From Torpedo marmorata (Eukaryota), in assembly GCA_977017645.1 (NCBI GenBank), contig OZ360223.1:204662001-204726000 (forward strand): a DNA stretch of 64,000 bases, read 5' to 3'. Positions 1 to 10,771 of the stretch are shown piece after piece. How positions within the stretch are numbered: position 1 is the first letter of the stretch; each line of letters begins with the position of its first letter. The position numbers were made by a program, and so were the translations under genes. Below the pieces are notes generated by a model, which saw nothing but the letters and a program-made list of their open reading frames with translations, did not search any database and was not told the origin of the DNA.

Positions 1-77
1 AAGAATTTAATGTCTTCAGGTTACTTAAGGCAGATGAGATGAACTTTAAAATCTTCAAGGTAATGAGCAAAGAAATG

Positions 78-395
78 GGAAAACACATGAGAGGGAAGGA
101 TAAAGATAAGGAAAAAGAGAGGGAACATGAGCGAAGGAAACGGCAGCGAGAGGAACAAGATAAGGCACGTAGAGAACGGGAAAGGCAGAAACGGCGAGAA
201 CAGGATGGGAAGCATTTGAAAAACTTGGATGAGAGGGAATCTAAGCGAGACTCACTGGAGGAAGGAGAGCTTCAAGAATACAAGATGGAGATAACCATTT
301 GTAATTCACCACACAGACGAGAAGGATCGATAGAGGATCGAGGTGAGGAGGAGGATTCTTCGGCAATTAAATCTCCTCAACAAACCTCCAAAAAA
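78..395 (+). pseudogene. CDK11: Intronless CDK11 (p110) N-terminal coding fragments in permuted order, captured in an LTR element
   Basis: In ORF 39-497, GKHMRGKDKDKEKEREHERRKRQREEQDKARRERERQKRREQ (78-203) matches recalled CDK11 GKHARVKEKEREHERRKRHREEQDKARREWERQKRREM. KHLKNLDERESKRDSLEEGELQEYKMEITICNSPHRREGSIEDRGEEEDSSAIKSPQQTSKK (210-395) matches KRLKNSDDRDSKRDSLEEGELRDHRMEITIRNSPYRREDSMEDRGEEDDSLAIKPPQQMSRK. No introns and no kinase domain. Confidence 0.88.
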
Positions 396-857
396 GTTGA
401 AAAGTCGTACTCCGGTTCGGTGTTCTTCATCCCCGAGAAGATCCAAGAGAGAAAGGCACCTTCCAGTACATTTAAAAGACTATGTGCAGTGACTTAAAGA
501 CTTTATTCAGTACATCGCAAAGACTATGGGCAGTGACTTAAAGACTTTGTATGTTTCCAGTTAATACATTTTAAGTTAGGTAGCGCGGGATTTATAGTTA
601 CCATGATTAGTGGAAGTTATGCTTAAATTCTCTGTAGTGTTAACATAGTTAAATTTAACTTTTATACTTATTTACCAGTAAGCACAAAACATTTTTTTGA
701 GGGGGAAGAGTGTTATGGGAACGCGCATGTGCGCGTGACGTCATATACACGGAGTTACATTGTATGATGAGGTTCAGTTTGGCACCATCTTGGCATGAAT
801 AAAGATGCTTACAGTTTTTCTCGAGTGAGGTTATTTTCAAAGGGAAAATACCCAACA
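396..857 (+). mobile_element. 3' end of a Gypsy-like LTR retrotransposon: pol tail, PPT and short 3' LTR (711-857)
   Basis: An alternative frame reads SPRRSKRERHLPVHLKDYVQ* (stop 490-492), resembling the RRSxRxRxxPxxLxDYV tail of Gypsy pol. Polypurine tract GAGGGGGAAGAG at 699-710 directly precedes TGTT...AACA (711-857), which contains AATAAA at 798-803 and TGACGTCA at 736-743. Confidence 0.75.
464..548 (+). repeat. Two-copy tandem duplication, about 44-bp period
   Basis: cagtacatttaaaagactatgtgcagtgacttaaagacttt is followed by cagtacatcgcaaagactatgggcagtgacttaaagacttt. Confidence 0.85.
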
Positions 858-862
858 ATTTT

Positions 863-984
863 ATGTAGTCAGTAGGAGAGAAGAAAGGAAGAAACCAACT
901 AAACTTGACTGCTTCACAGGGAAGGGGGCCCATAAACTTTGGTCCTAAGGGGGCCATAGCCAAAAAAATGGTTGAGAATGGCTG
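863..984. mobile_element. Right end of a hAT/Charlie-like non-autonomous element
   Basis: Ends GGTTGAGAATGGCTG (reverse complement CAGCCATTCTCAACC, Charlie-type TIR) and is followed by the hAT-like target ACCTAGAG. Confidence 0.55.
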
Positions 985-989
985 ACCTA

Positions 990-1490
990 GAGTATTGTAT
1001 CCATTTCTAGGGAGCACACTGTAGGAATGATGTGATGGGTTTAGAGAGGGGGCAGGAGAGATTGACCAGAATGATTCCAGGGATCAAGTAGTTTACTTCG
1101 GAGGGTAGATTGGAGAAGCAAAGGTTGTTCTTCTTGGAAAAGAGGACGTTGAAAGGGAATCTGTTGAAAAGAAATATTTAGAAACATGAAGAATGGGTAG
1201 AGATCAACTGTTCCCATTGGTGATAGGATAAAACATAGGAAGGTATAAAATCATTGTAGTTCATGAAGGAATCAAAAGTTCCATGTTTTTCAATTCAGTG
1301 AATGGTTAGCATTTGGCTTGGGATATGAGAGATGGAAGATTCAATTGTAGTATTCAAAAATGAATTGAATGTACTTGAAAGGAAAATTATTGCAAGGAGA
1401 GGGAAGTAGGAATTCCTGAATTGCACTTGCATGGAGCCAGCATAAATCGATGGTCTGAATCGCTTCCACTGTGTTGTTACCTTTCTGTGA
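990..1490 (+). mobile_element. Old CR1 LINE 3' fragment
   Basis: Degenerate EYCxxF...LERxQxRxTRMIPG coding remnant followed by a CR1-type 3' UTR. Confidence 0.7.
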
Positions 1491-1589
1491 TGGTGGAAAT
1501 CTGGAAATCTCTCTCCAAAAATGCTTTTCAGTCTTGGTCAACTGAACAATTAAAAAACAAATACCTAACAAATGTCCAGGCCGCAGCAT

Positions 1590-1695
1590 TGGTTACCCTT
1601 TACTTCCTTTGGATGCTGCGTGACCCGCTGAGTTTCACCAGCACATTTTTGTATAGCACTCGACCCCAGGATCTGCAGACTTTCTTGTTTAACTC
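1590..1695 (+). mobile_element. Penelope-like terminal repeat remnant
   Basis: gatgctgcgtgacccgctgagtttcaccagca...tctgcagactt resembles the tails of the Penelope copies at 11220-11298 and 21655-21755. Confidence 0.55.
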
Positions 1696-3621
1696 TAAAA
1701 GCAATGATTTCTTTAAGGCAAGGATACTTAGGGAAATGAAGCCAAAGGAGGTAAATAGAACTGAAATATTGACCAGATGTGATTTATCTGAATCGCAGAA
1801 TAAGTTTGAGGAGCCAAGTGGCCTTCTCCTATTCTTATAGAAAGAACAAGTAAATTATCTAAATGAATAAAGGATTAGTCACACTGGAAACTGTTCCTTA
1901 TTCTTTGCAGATATGTCTTCAAACCTGCTTTGAACTATGAGCATTCTGTGTTTTGTATTACATTTCCATAATTTGTGATTGTTTGTTTGTTACTTATAAT
2001 GGTTTATTAAAATCTTATGAAAACCTGACAAAGAATAATTTAAATGTCTTTGTATAATGTATAAGTGACTTTTCATAGTAGCCTATCATGTGAGGTGAAA
2101 AATTGAGGACACAATTACAATTACAGTAATATAAAAATATTCTGTTGTACTGCTCATTTTAAAAAAAAATCCCATTCCAATTATAATCATGTAGTTTAAC
2201 AACTGAGTAAATGCCCACCTATCTGGTGCTGAACCTGTTCAAATTCGTAAATTCAGGGACAGGCTACCTATTTAAGTAACCTGTGTGTTTTCCCAAACCA
2301 TTTTCTAGCATCTCAGTGTCCATTTGTTCAAGAAATAAACAAATTGTGTCATATATTGTGCTGATGCATCCTGCTGCATTTCCAGTCTTGTATCCAGATG
2401 GTTTGTATGTCTGCAATTCAAGTGTATTACTATTGTATAGGATAACAGTCCATCAAAGTGCTGTTGAGTCGAGGCCATGGGAACATCTTGCCCAAGATTT
2501 TCAACTCCAGCCAAGGGCCTCAGGCATTACTGTGTTTGCAGTCAGAGAACAAAGTTCAGTAAATGTCATCTGAATAAATTGGGACTTAGTATGTCCAAGT
2601 CTAAATATATTGGCCCTCACTGGAGCTATGTCCTTAAACCTTAGATAGGCACTAGATTTCTGCCTGTTTTTCAGTTGCAAGCATAACAAGAAAGCCTCTT
2701 TTACTCTTAAACTGGCTGTGATTGTGGACATGGGTGAAACTCTATGCATCAGATTATCACTGCTTATCCTTTTATTCTCAAATTGAAGGGACTCAAAATG
2801 AGTTAGTCTACGGGGATCAAAAATTCAGCAAGAATTGTGAATTATGTTGGTATATTTATTTTCATTATCCCTTAAGATATAAATGTTTGGCATCATAGAT
2901 AGCAGTTTATTATGAGGTATATTGAGTTGGCTGGGAATTAAAGGCAAAGGACTAAGTAAATATTGAAAAATAATGATTTCAATTGCAATTCTCAATTTTT
3001 AAAATTTACTCCTGACGATAAAGGTGTTAATTTATTTCTGTATATACTTTTTATTATCTAATCATAGAGCAGGTTTACCGGCTAACCTCTGGATAACTCT
3101 TGCTGTTATTTAATATTATTTGGTTAATTATTATTTTAACTATCTCCGGCTAAAATATGCACACATTATGATGATACATCCAAAAGAAATCAAAACAGGA
3201 TTTCATGATTCACAAGATGTTTTTGTACTTTCTACTTTTAACGTATTTTTATTAGCTCAATAAAACCTTCCTATTGTGTCAGTGCATTTGAATAAAACTC
3301 CTGGCCATGAGTGAATTACAAGCATTTCTATGTTTATTGCAGGCACTAAGTTGTCAATAAAAAGAGAATTCTGTGCCATATTTTAAAGTTATATTTAAAC
3401 CCCATGTGTATAAGGATGGAATAAAAACTTCTGCACTGCCCTGGATTTGGGGAGGAATTTGAAGTCAAACTCTGTGTATATTACTTAAACATTTAAAAAA
3501 TGAGCAGAGTTCTTTTCGTTTGAATGAGTCTGCAATATGTCTGTTTTTCCCTTGTAAAACAGTGCTTTTGGCCAATTCAAGTCTCTAAAACAGAGTGGAT
3601 GAAGTTTTAGCATTCTGCAGA

Positions 3622-3885
3622 TTAAATTTAAATTTTAAATTTAGACATACAGCACGGTAACAGGCCATTTTGGCCAACGAGTCTGTGCCGCCCAATTTAC
3701 ACCCAATTAACCTACACCCTCGGTACGTTTTGAACGGTGGGAGGAAACCGGAGCCCCCAGGGAAAACCCACGCAGACACGGGGAGAACATACAAACTCCT
3801 TACAGACAGCGCGGGATTCGAACCCCGGTCCCAATCACTGGTGCTGTAAAGGCGTTGCGCTAACCACTACGCCAACCGTGCCGCC
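3622..3885 (-). mobile_element. tRNA-derived V-SINE (HE1-like)
   Basis: Minus-strand tRNA-like head with B box GGTTCGAATCC, V-domain (GTTTGTATGTTCTCCCCGTGTCTGCGTGGGTTT), CR1-like tail and (TTTAAA)n end. Confidence 0.85.
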
Positions 3886-4737
3886 TCAAATGTAATTCCT
3901 TCTTAGTATTATCAAAGCACATGTTGTTCGAATGAAATTGTTTGACCCCATCCAACTAGTCATTTTCAGTCTAAACTTGTATTTGCATAGGACCTGAGTC
4001 AGACACTGTTTTGGAGTTAAAGGTTTAAAGAGAAACTTGGGGCAAAAATTATTTGAAGAGTTTATTATTGTACTAGTACGTGAGCATAATTATTTCCAGA
4101 GAATGCTACAAGATGATAAATGTGCATTAATGATGGTGATGCAGTCGATTAAGTAGTGGCATAATTTTCCATTTTGGGATGTTTTAAAATGTTTCAAAAA
4201 TGTTTCAAAAAAAAAGTATATCCTCTTTTGTTTTGCTGTCATCACATATAAAGGCATTATACTTACCACAAACTATACTGGTTGTCCGTAGGGGCCAGTA
4301 GAATATGACATTTGACATTGTGAGTTGCCATAATCCTCACACTGCCAGCTCAGTGTTGAATATTGAATCCAAACATAAGCATCATTTACTGAACATCAGT
4401 GATGAAACATGAATTGAATGATGTGATATTAATGATTTGTTGATTGATGACAAACTTCAATTTCTTCAACTCTTTTTGAGCTCCAGTATGGCATCAGGAT
4501 AAAGTTTTATCATGTGAGACATCAGTCTGTGTTATCCTCACTCCCTGTAACCCCTTGATGCTCTCTTAGCTAATAGAAACAAAAGCACACCTAGTAGGAC
4601 AAGTCTTGCTGCATTCTTTCAAATAATCATGTTAAAAAATAGAAAGTTCCGTCATTTGTTCATATATTAAATCCTCATTGAGATACAATAGACTCTTGCC
4701 GAGAACACCTTCTTAAAATTTTGGCATATTTATATCA

Positions 4738-4741
<4 letters not shown>

Positions 4742-4774
<33 letters not shown>
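4742..4774. repeat. (AG)n microsatellite
   Basis: Directly visible. Confidence 0.98.
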
Positions 4775-4778
<4 letters not shown>

Positions 4779-4857
4779 GGATTGGACATAATTTTGCTCT
4801 GAAACTCTGAAACTAGAACTTAAAAATCAATAAAATCATTCTTATTTTATGTTTGTC

Positions 4858-5215
4858 ATAAAACAGAAGAAGGCCATTTGGCCAATCAAATTCATGCCAG
4901 TTTCCAGGGAGGAATCCCTTTAGTGCCATTCCATGTCTCCCTATTACCCTGAAACCCCACAACCTATTCTCTCTCACACATGCCCATCAACTCCCCTTTG
5001 AGTCATCTTGCCATTAGCCAACCTTAAGAAGTCATTTCAAGTAGCCAGTTGACACACCAATACATCTTTGGGATGTGGGAGGAAACCAAAGCATCTAGAA
5101 GAACTCTATATAGTGTCAGCAGGAACATACAAGCTCCACACAGACAGTACCTGAGGTCAGGATTGAACTTGGTCACTGTGAAATAGCATTATTTACTGCA
5201 GCTCCATCGTGGTAC
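4858..5215 (-). mobile_element. Older V-SINE copy
   Basis: tgtgggaggaaacc...ggaacatacaagctccacacagacag...ggattgaac pattern as in 3622-3885, but more diverged. Confidence 0.7.
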
Positions 5216-5289
5216 CATTGCATAGTTTTTCAGTAAATTAAAAAAAAACTTTTCCTGGAATTGCACAAAGAAAAAAAAACATATCTGAA

Positions 5290-5453
5290 GTAAAGGTTCC
5301 ATTATTGTCACATAATACTACATTTAGAACATAACATACATGAAATTCTTTAACTTTGTCCAGCGCCCCTCACAGAAATGAGGCCCCAGCAAGGAGCGAA
5401 CTCACAACCCCTGGTTTACAAGACCAGTGCTCTAACCACTGAGCTATGGAGCC
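5290..5453 (-). mobile_element. Short SINE: tRNA-Thr head plus Rex-like LINE tail
   Basis: Downstream on the minus strand, GAATTTCATG...TGACAATAA matches the tail motif of the Rex copies at about 31517-31545 and 53250-53277. Confidence 0.6.
5381..5453 (-). tRNA. tRNA-Thr(UGU)-derived sequence, probably a pseudogene or SINE head
   Basis: Reverse complement GGCTCCATAGCTCAGTGGTTAGAGCACTGGTCTTGTAAACCAGGGGTTGTGAGTTCGCTCCTTGCTGGGGCCT, 73 nt, anticodon TGT. T-arm shows CpG-decay changes and the T-loop A58 is C. Confidence 0.85.
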
Positions 5454-6537
5454 ACTCTACCTTTATATCTCATTGACATAAAAAGGGCATTTGACAACAT
5501 ATAATTGAGGAGACTTGGCAGAGAATTGTGTCTTAAATGGTATTTAAACTCCTCTGAAGTAGCAAAAGAAGAACTCTTCCCTAAGAATTTCCTTGTTAAT
5601 TTTCTCTTCTTTGCCAGAACAAGGTAAGGCAAAATTTTCTTGTTCTGCTCCTGGCAGTCTGCTCAGGAGATGGTTTGGCAGGCGCATGGTAACAGAATGC
5701 CTGTCTGCTCTCTTGATTGGAAAGAGTGAATTTGATGGTACAAATGCTCCTTCAATTATGGCATTTAGAAAAAAGATCTTTAACTAAAATCTCTATTGAA
5801 GTTCATCCATTTCAATAACAGAGTATGACAGTTGCAATTATTGATTTAAACACAAGAATAAACCTAATATCTTGCATGAACATCACATCTAAATTCAGAG
5901 TATAGATAGTTCAATCTTCATTGCTGATGAAAGAGTTAACATTCCTTTTTGAATCGTTCTTCTGTCTATGGGACAGATTTGATCTGAAGATAAGTGTAAC
6001 ACCGCATGGTTTTCAAAGTTTTAGTGGACCTTTATTGCACCACTTCAATCCTGCCTTCAGATTCAGCATCAAATTTGTAAATTATTGAGCATGTTCCAGG
6101 GCTATTTCATGTTCTATGACAAACATTACATTTCATCTTGACTGTTTCAGAAATATATTATTTTTAAACTCCATCCAAGCACCACAATATCATTGTGGGT
6201 CCCCTGTGTCTGAAATAAAACACCAGATGTATCTCCCATTAAAAGAAAAACAATTACTTCACTGTTTGTAGACTATTACGACGGAATGACCAGTTAATTC
6301 TTAAACACGATACAGTGCACAAATGTAAGGTTTTTGACTGTATTTATCAGTTTTTGATTCAATTTTAAAACCTAGTGTTAAAAACCTATACATTCCTACT
6401 GCCTTTTAAATATATAATCTTGTTCCAGAATCACTTTAGTGAATTACGATTTATGAAAAAGGAGTTTCATAGAAATTTGTCTCAGAAAGGCCGAAATATA
6501 AAAATTCCATCCTCAAAACAGTGATCTCAACTTTAAA

Positions 6538-6911
6538 TTTCAGATTTCAGACTTAGATTTCAGATTTATTTATTGTTAGAGTACATACATGACATCACAT
6601 ACAACCCTGAGATTCTTTTTCCTGTGGGCAAGGCAGAATCACCACTTATTGGTAGTACAAAAAAAACATACACATGTAAACAAATAAAGAAATGTAAACA
6701 AACTGACTGTACAATACAGAGAGAAAAAAATCAATAAAGTGCAAAAGTAAGAGTCCTTAAATGAGTCCCTGATTGGGTTTAATTTTGAGGAGTCTAATGG
6801 TGGAGGGGTAGCAGCTGTCCCTGAACCTGGTGGTGCATGTTTTGTGGCACGTATAATTTTTCCTGATGGTAACAGTGAGAACGGAGTGTGTGCTGGGTGG
6901 TGTGGATCCTT
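6538..6911 (-). mobile_element. Rex1/Babar-type LINE 3' end, distal half
   Basis: KDPHHPAHTPFSLLPSGK remnant, 3' UTR and (AAATCTG)n tail; the element continues at 8962. Confidence 0.8.
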
Positions 6912-8285
6912 TCTTTTTAAAATATTTTTATTGAGAACATATATCACATATACATGATCCATAATAGACAAATAGTACATCTTTTCGTATGCATATAGTA
7001 TAACTTATAGTGCTACATAGAACTATTTTCATATAGATCACAGTTAAATTCTATTTGATTTAAAAAAATAAACTGTAATAGACACAGATAAACCCATTTC
7101 CCAATTAATCAAAATAAGAAAGGAAACAAACAAAAAAAAAGGTTTAATTTAATATTTGAACATCTAATTTTTTCTAATGTTAAATAGGACATTAAACTTG
7201 ATAGCCAATCTTCATAGATAGGAGGATTACCATCCTTCCATTTTAGCAAGATCTGTCGCCTTGCAACCAGAGAAGAAAAAGCAATCACATGTTTTTGATT
7301 ATTAGTAAGATCATGATTACCAGAATCATTTATACCAAGTATTGCTATAAATGGATTTGGATCTAATTGAGTAGCTAAAACCAAAGAAAGAGTACAAAAA
7401 ATTTTGTTCCAAAATCTAACTAACTTAGGGCACAACCAAAACATGTGAAATAATGTACCTTCATGAACATTACATCTATCACACATAGATGACATATTTG
7501 ATGAAAATTTAGCCAGTAAAGATTTCGAGTAATGAGCTCTGTGAACTACTTTGAATTGAATTAAATTATGTCTTGCACATAATGAAGAGGTATGGATACG
7601 GTCCAAAATATTGGACCACACTGAAGGTGAAAAAACTTCTAAAAAATCTCTTTCCCAAGCCTCCTTTATTTTATCCACATGCTGTATCACATTTTCTTTT
7701 AAAATGTTATAAAATACTGACAATGGTTTTGGTATATCAGGAGTGATAGTAAAAACCTTTTCTATGATTACTAACTTTAAATTTAAAGGAAACTCCAATC
7801 TCAAAGAATTTATAAAATTCCTAACTTGAAAGTATCTAAAATAATTTTTTCTAGATAAGTTATACTTATTAACCATCTATTCAAAAGTAATAAAATTAGA
7901 ATCTATAAACAAGTATTTAAATGAACATATACCGTGATCTTGCCAAATCTGGAACCCTCTATCCCCACTAGCTGGGGTAAAAAAAGGTATTGAAATTTAT
8001 TGTACTAACTATCAAGCAAAAAATTAAGAAAATTATTTGCTTTTCTGAATTGGAACCATATTTTTAACGTTTGTTTAACTATCTTGTTATTAGAAATTTT
8101 GGAATATTTAAAGGGTGAAGGCATTCCGGATATAGATACTAACGAATGTTTACCTGTAACATTCATTTCTGATTTCATCCATTTAAATCTTTCTTGATAA
8201 TTCTTAAAATGTATCCAAATATTAATAAATCTAATGTTAGCAGCCCAATAATAATTCCTGAAATTAGGTAAAGCAAAACCACCCT
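6912..8285 (-). mobile_element. 5'-truncated L1 ORF2 3' end (copy A)
   Basis: GGFALPNFRNYYWAAN near 8283; ORF 7109-7876 with CDRC...GTLFHMFWLCP zinc knuckle; AATAAA and A-rich end near 6912-6932. Confidence 0.88.
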
Positions 8286-8289
8286 AATT

Positions 8290-8961
8290 CTATTCTAACC
8301 CCTTCCTCGAATCAAGATTGCCATTTAGAAGAAAAAAAAGAGTACAAATATGGATCAAATAGCAACCTCCCGACCTCAGACAAAGACTCCTCGGAGCATC
8401 CAAATCTCTTAAATCTTCCAATCATGATAAAATTCCATGAATGGGCCCCAGATCTTTTCAAATTGAAAGTTATTGTCTTTAATGTTGTATCTAATTTTCG
8501 TTTGACTTAAACACAACATTACATCGTGTAACCACTGTGTATGCATAGGGGAGGAATCTTCTTTCCATTTCAATAGAATTGCCCGTCTGGCTATCAACAT
8601 AGTAAAAGCTAAAACTTTCTCCTGGGTTGCAGATATAAGTATATCCGGTGCTCGTGAAAATCCAAATAAGGCAATTAATGGACATTTTTGTATTTTAAAC
8701 TTAAAAATCATTGATAAAATTTGAAATATATTTCCCCAAAAACTTCCTAAATTTGGACATTCCCAAAACATATGAATCAATGAAGCTTCAAAATTTTTTA
8801 ATTTCTCACGTCAATATCAGCATAAAAAAACGAGATAATTTATGTTTAGACATGTGTACTCTATGTACCACTTTAAATTGTAATAAACAGTGCCTGGCAC
8901 AGAATGAGGAATCATTGATCAAACTAAGAGTAGAATGCCAGTCTTCATCTGAAAAAGTTAT
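8290..8961 (-). mobile_element. L1 ORF2 C-terminal fragment (copy B, a different subfamily)
   Basis: SSFCARHCLLQFKVVHRVH and IHMFWECP...IARRAILLKWK...IWGPF; homologous to copy A but clearly diverged. Confidence 0.88.
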
Positions 8962-9243
8962 GTGTGGATCCTTGATGATTGCTGCTGCTCTAGGATGGCA
9001 GTGTTCCCTGTAGATATTCTTGATGGTGGGGAGGGTATTGCCTGTGATGTCCTGGGCTGTGTCCACTACCTTTTGCAGGGCTTTACGCTCAGGGGTATTT
9101 GCACCAGACCAGACCATAATGCAGCCGGTTGGCATATTTCCACCACACATCTGTAGAAATTTGCCAGGGTTTCCAATGTCATACCAAACCTTCACAAACT
9201 CCTGAGGAAGTAGAGGCACTGACGTGCTTTCTTCACGATGCCA
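8962..9243 (-). mobile_element. Rex1/Babar-type LINE, proximal half
   Basis: VKKARQCLYFLR...LANFYRC and RKALQKVVDTAQDITG; joins 6538-6911 through the 12-bp duplication GTGTGGATCCTT. Confidence 0.8.
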
Positions 9244-9524
9244 GGTAAGCCTTCCAGTTCATTTGCTAAATAATACAACATATTGAGTGTGATGTTTCTT
9301 TTTATTGTAATAAAGAAACTTGGGTTCTTTTAAAACAACTATACTTTATTAGCTATAGACTCAAGACCGTGTGGAGGCATCCATCTTGAATCCAACCCAA
9401 GCTGCCACAAACTAGTCTCCCACTCCCTCTAGTGGTCAGGAGGATCACTAGCACTCTATCATTACATTGGGCAGTTAGAGGAATGTTATATATTGTAATG
9501 ATCTGTGAGGATTTTGAAAAAGAG

Positions 9525-9807
9525 CATTAGAACATAGAGCAGTACAGAACAGTAACAGGCCTTTTGGCTCACCATGTCTGTGCAAATCTAACTACCGGTA
9601 ATTCCATGTCCTGCCTTTAACCTGTATTCCTCTATTCCCTGCCTGTCCATGTATTGTTTAATTTTTTCTCCATAGATGTTTGTGTATCTGCTTCCACCAC
9701 CTCCCCTGACAGCATGTTCCAGGCACGACCACTCTCAGTGGGAAAAATCTTGTCTCGCAAATCTCCTTTAAACTTTCCTCTTCTCACCTGAAACCTATAC
9801 CCTCTAA
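9525..9807 (-). mobile_element. CR1 3' end
   Basis: agaacatagagcagtacagaacagtaacaggcc tail and a KFKGDLR-type remnant. Confidence 0.75.
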
Positions 9808-9809
9808 AT

Positions 9810-9915
9810 CCAAAAACACAAATGCTGGAGAAACTCAGCAGGTCAAACAGTGTCCTTTATGTAGCAAAGATAAAAATACATAACCAACATTTCGGGCTTG
9901 AACCCTTCATCAAAT
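9810..9915 (-). mobile_element. Penelope terminal repeat fragment with hammerhead-like motif
   Basis: Near reverse complement of 11158-11260. Confidence 0.8.
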
Positions 9916-10771
9916 AAATGGAAAATAATTCATGGCGCACGATGCTCTTTAGAATGCTTCAAAATGATATAGCATTATATAAGTATTATCAGGGCATTTG
10001 ATAAAATGGGCTGGTTTTGTGTTTTCAAGAGATCAGGGATAAAATCAGGAGTTGGCCATGCATCACTTCTATCAGATCATGATTGGTCTTTGCCTCAGCA
10101 CCACTTTCCTAAATCAACCCCACATTCCTTAATCTTTCCTATATTGACTACTCATTGCAGATAATACACGGCAGACTATGAATTATTTCTTAATTTCTTA
10201 ATCTTTTAAGATTAAGATTTCTTAATCTTTGAGTTACCCATCTTTTGAGGGAATTGAGAGAAAAGAACAAGGAGCAAGGCTATGTGTTTGGGTTATCATT
10301 TTCATCCTCAGTTTTATACTTAGTTCCATCTGATAAGTTATCTGATTGAATCACAGTGCTTTTACACCTCCTCAGACACGAAGCTTGAATCTTTGATGAT
10401 AGCAGAAGCAGCGTAGCTACGGGCTAACCCATTCACCATGAACTTAACCAGTTTTCACTAATTTCACTGATTTAATTCACAATACTCTATAGATTTCATG
10501 GAGTGGCTTTCCAACATCAGATTTTCATGCTAGCATGCAAACACTTCATGCTGAGTGGCCATAGCTTACTAAGCTATGGCACAGCATAGCATAACATAGG
10601 GATAAGAGAGACATTCTTCAATTCCAACTCACTAACAATGGTGAAGTATGAGTGAAAGTTATGTATGAAAACATATGTTATCCATGGGACATAAGACCAG
10701 AGAATTTGTTTTGTATGTTACCCTGCACCCTGTGTTGCAGTCTAACCTCATTGCTTTCTCTACATTGGAGA

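Noticed and set aside
39-497. ORF as a genuine CDK11 gene exon
   Set aside because: Blocks are permuted and intronless, have substitutions at conserved residues, and run into retrotransposon sequence.
5381-5453. Functional tRNA-Thr gene
   Set aside because: T-loop A58 is changed, the T-stem shows CpG decay, there is no T4 terminator immediately downstream, and it is attached to a LINE-like tail.
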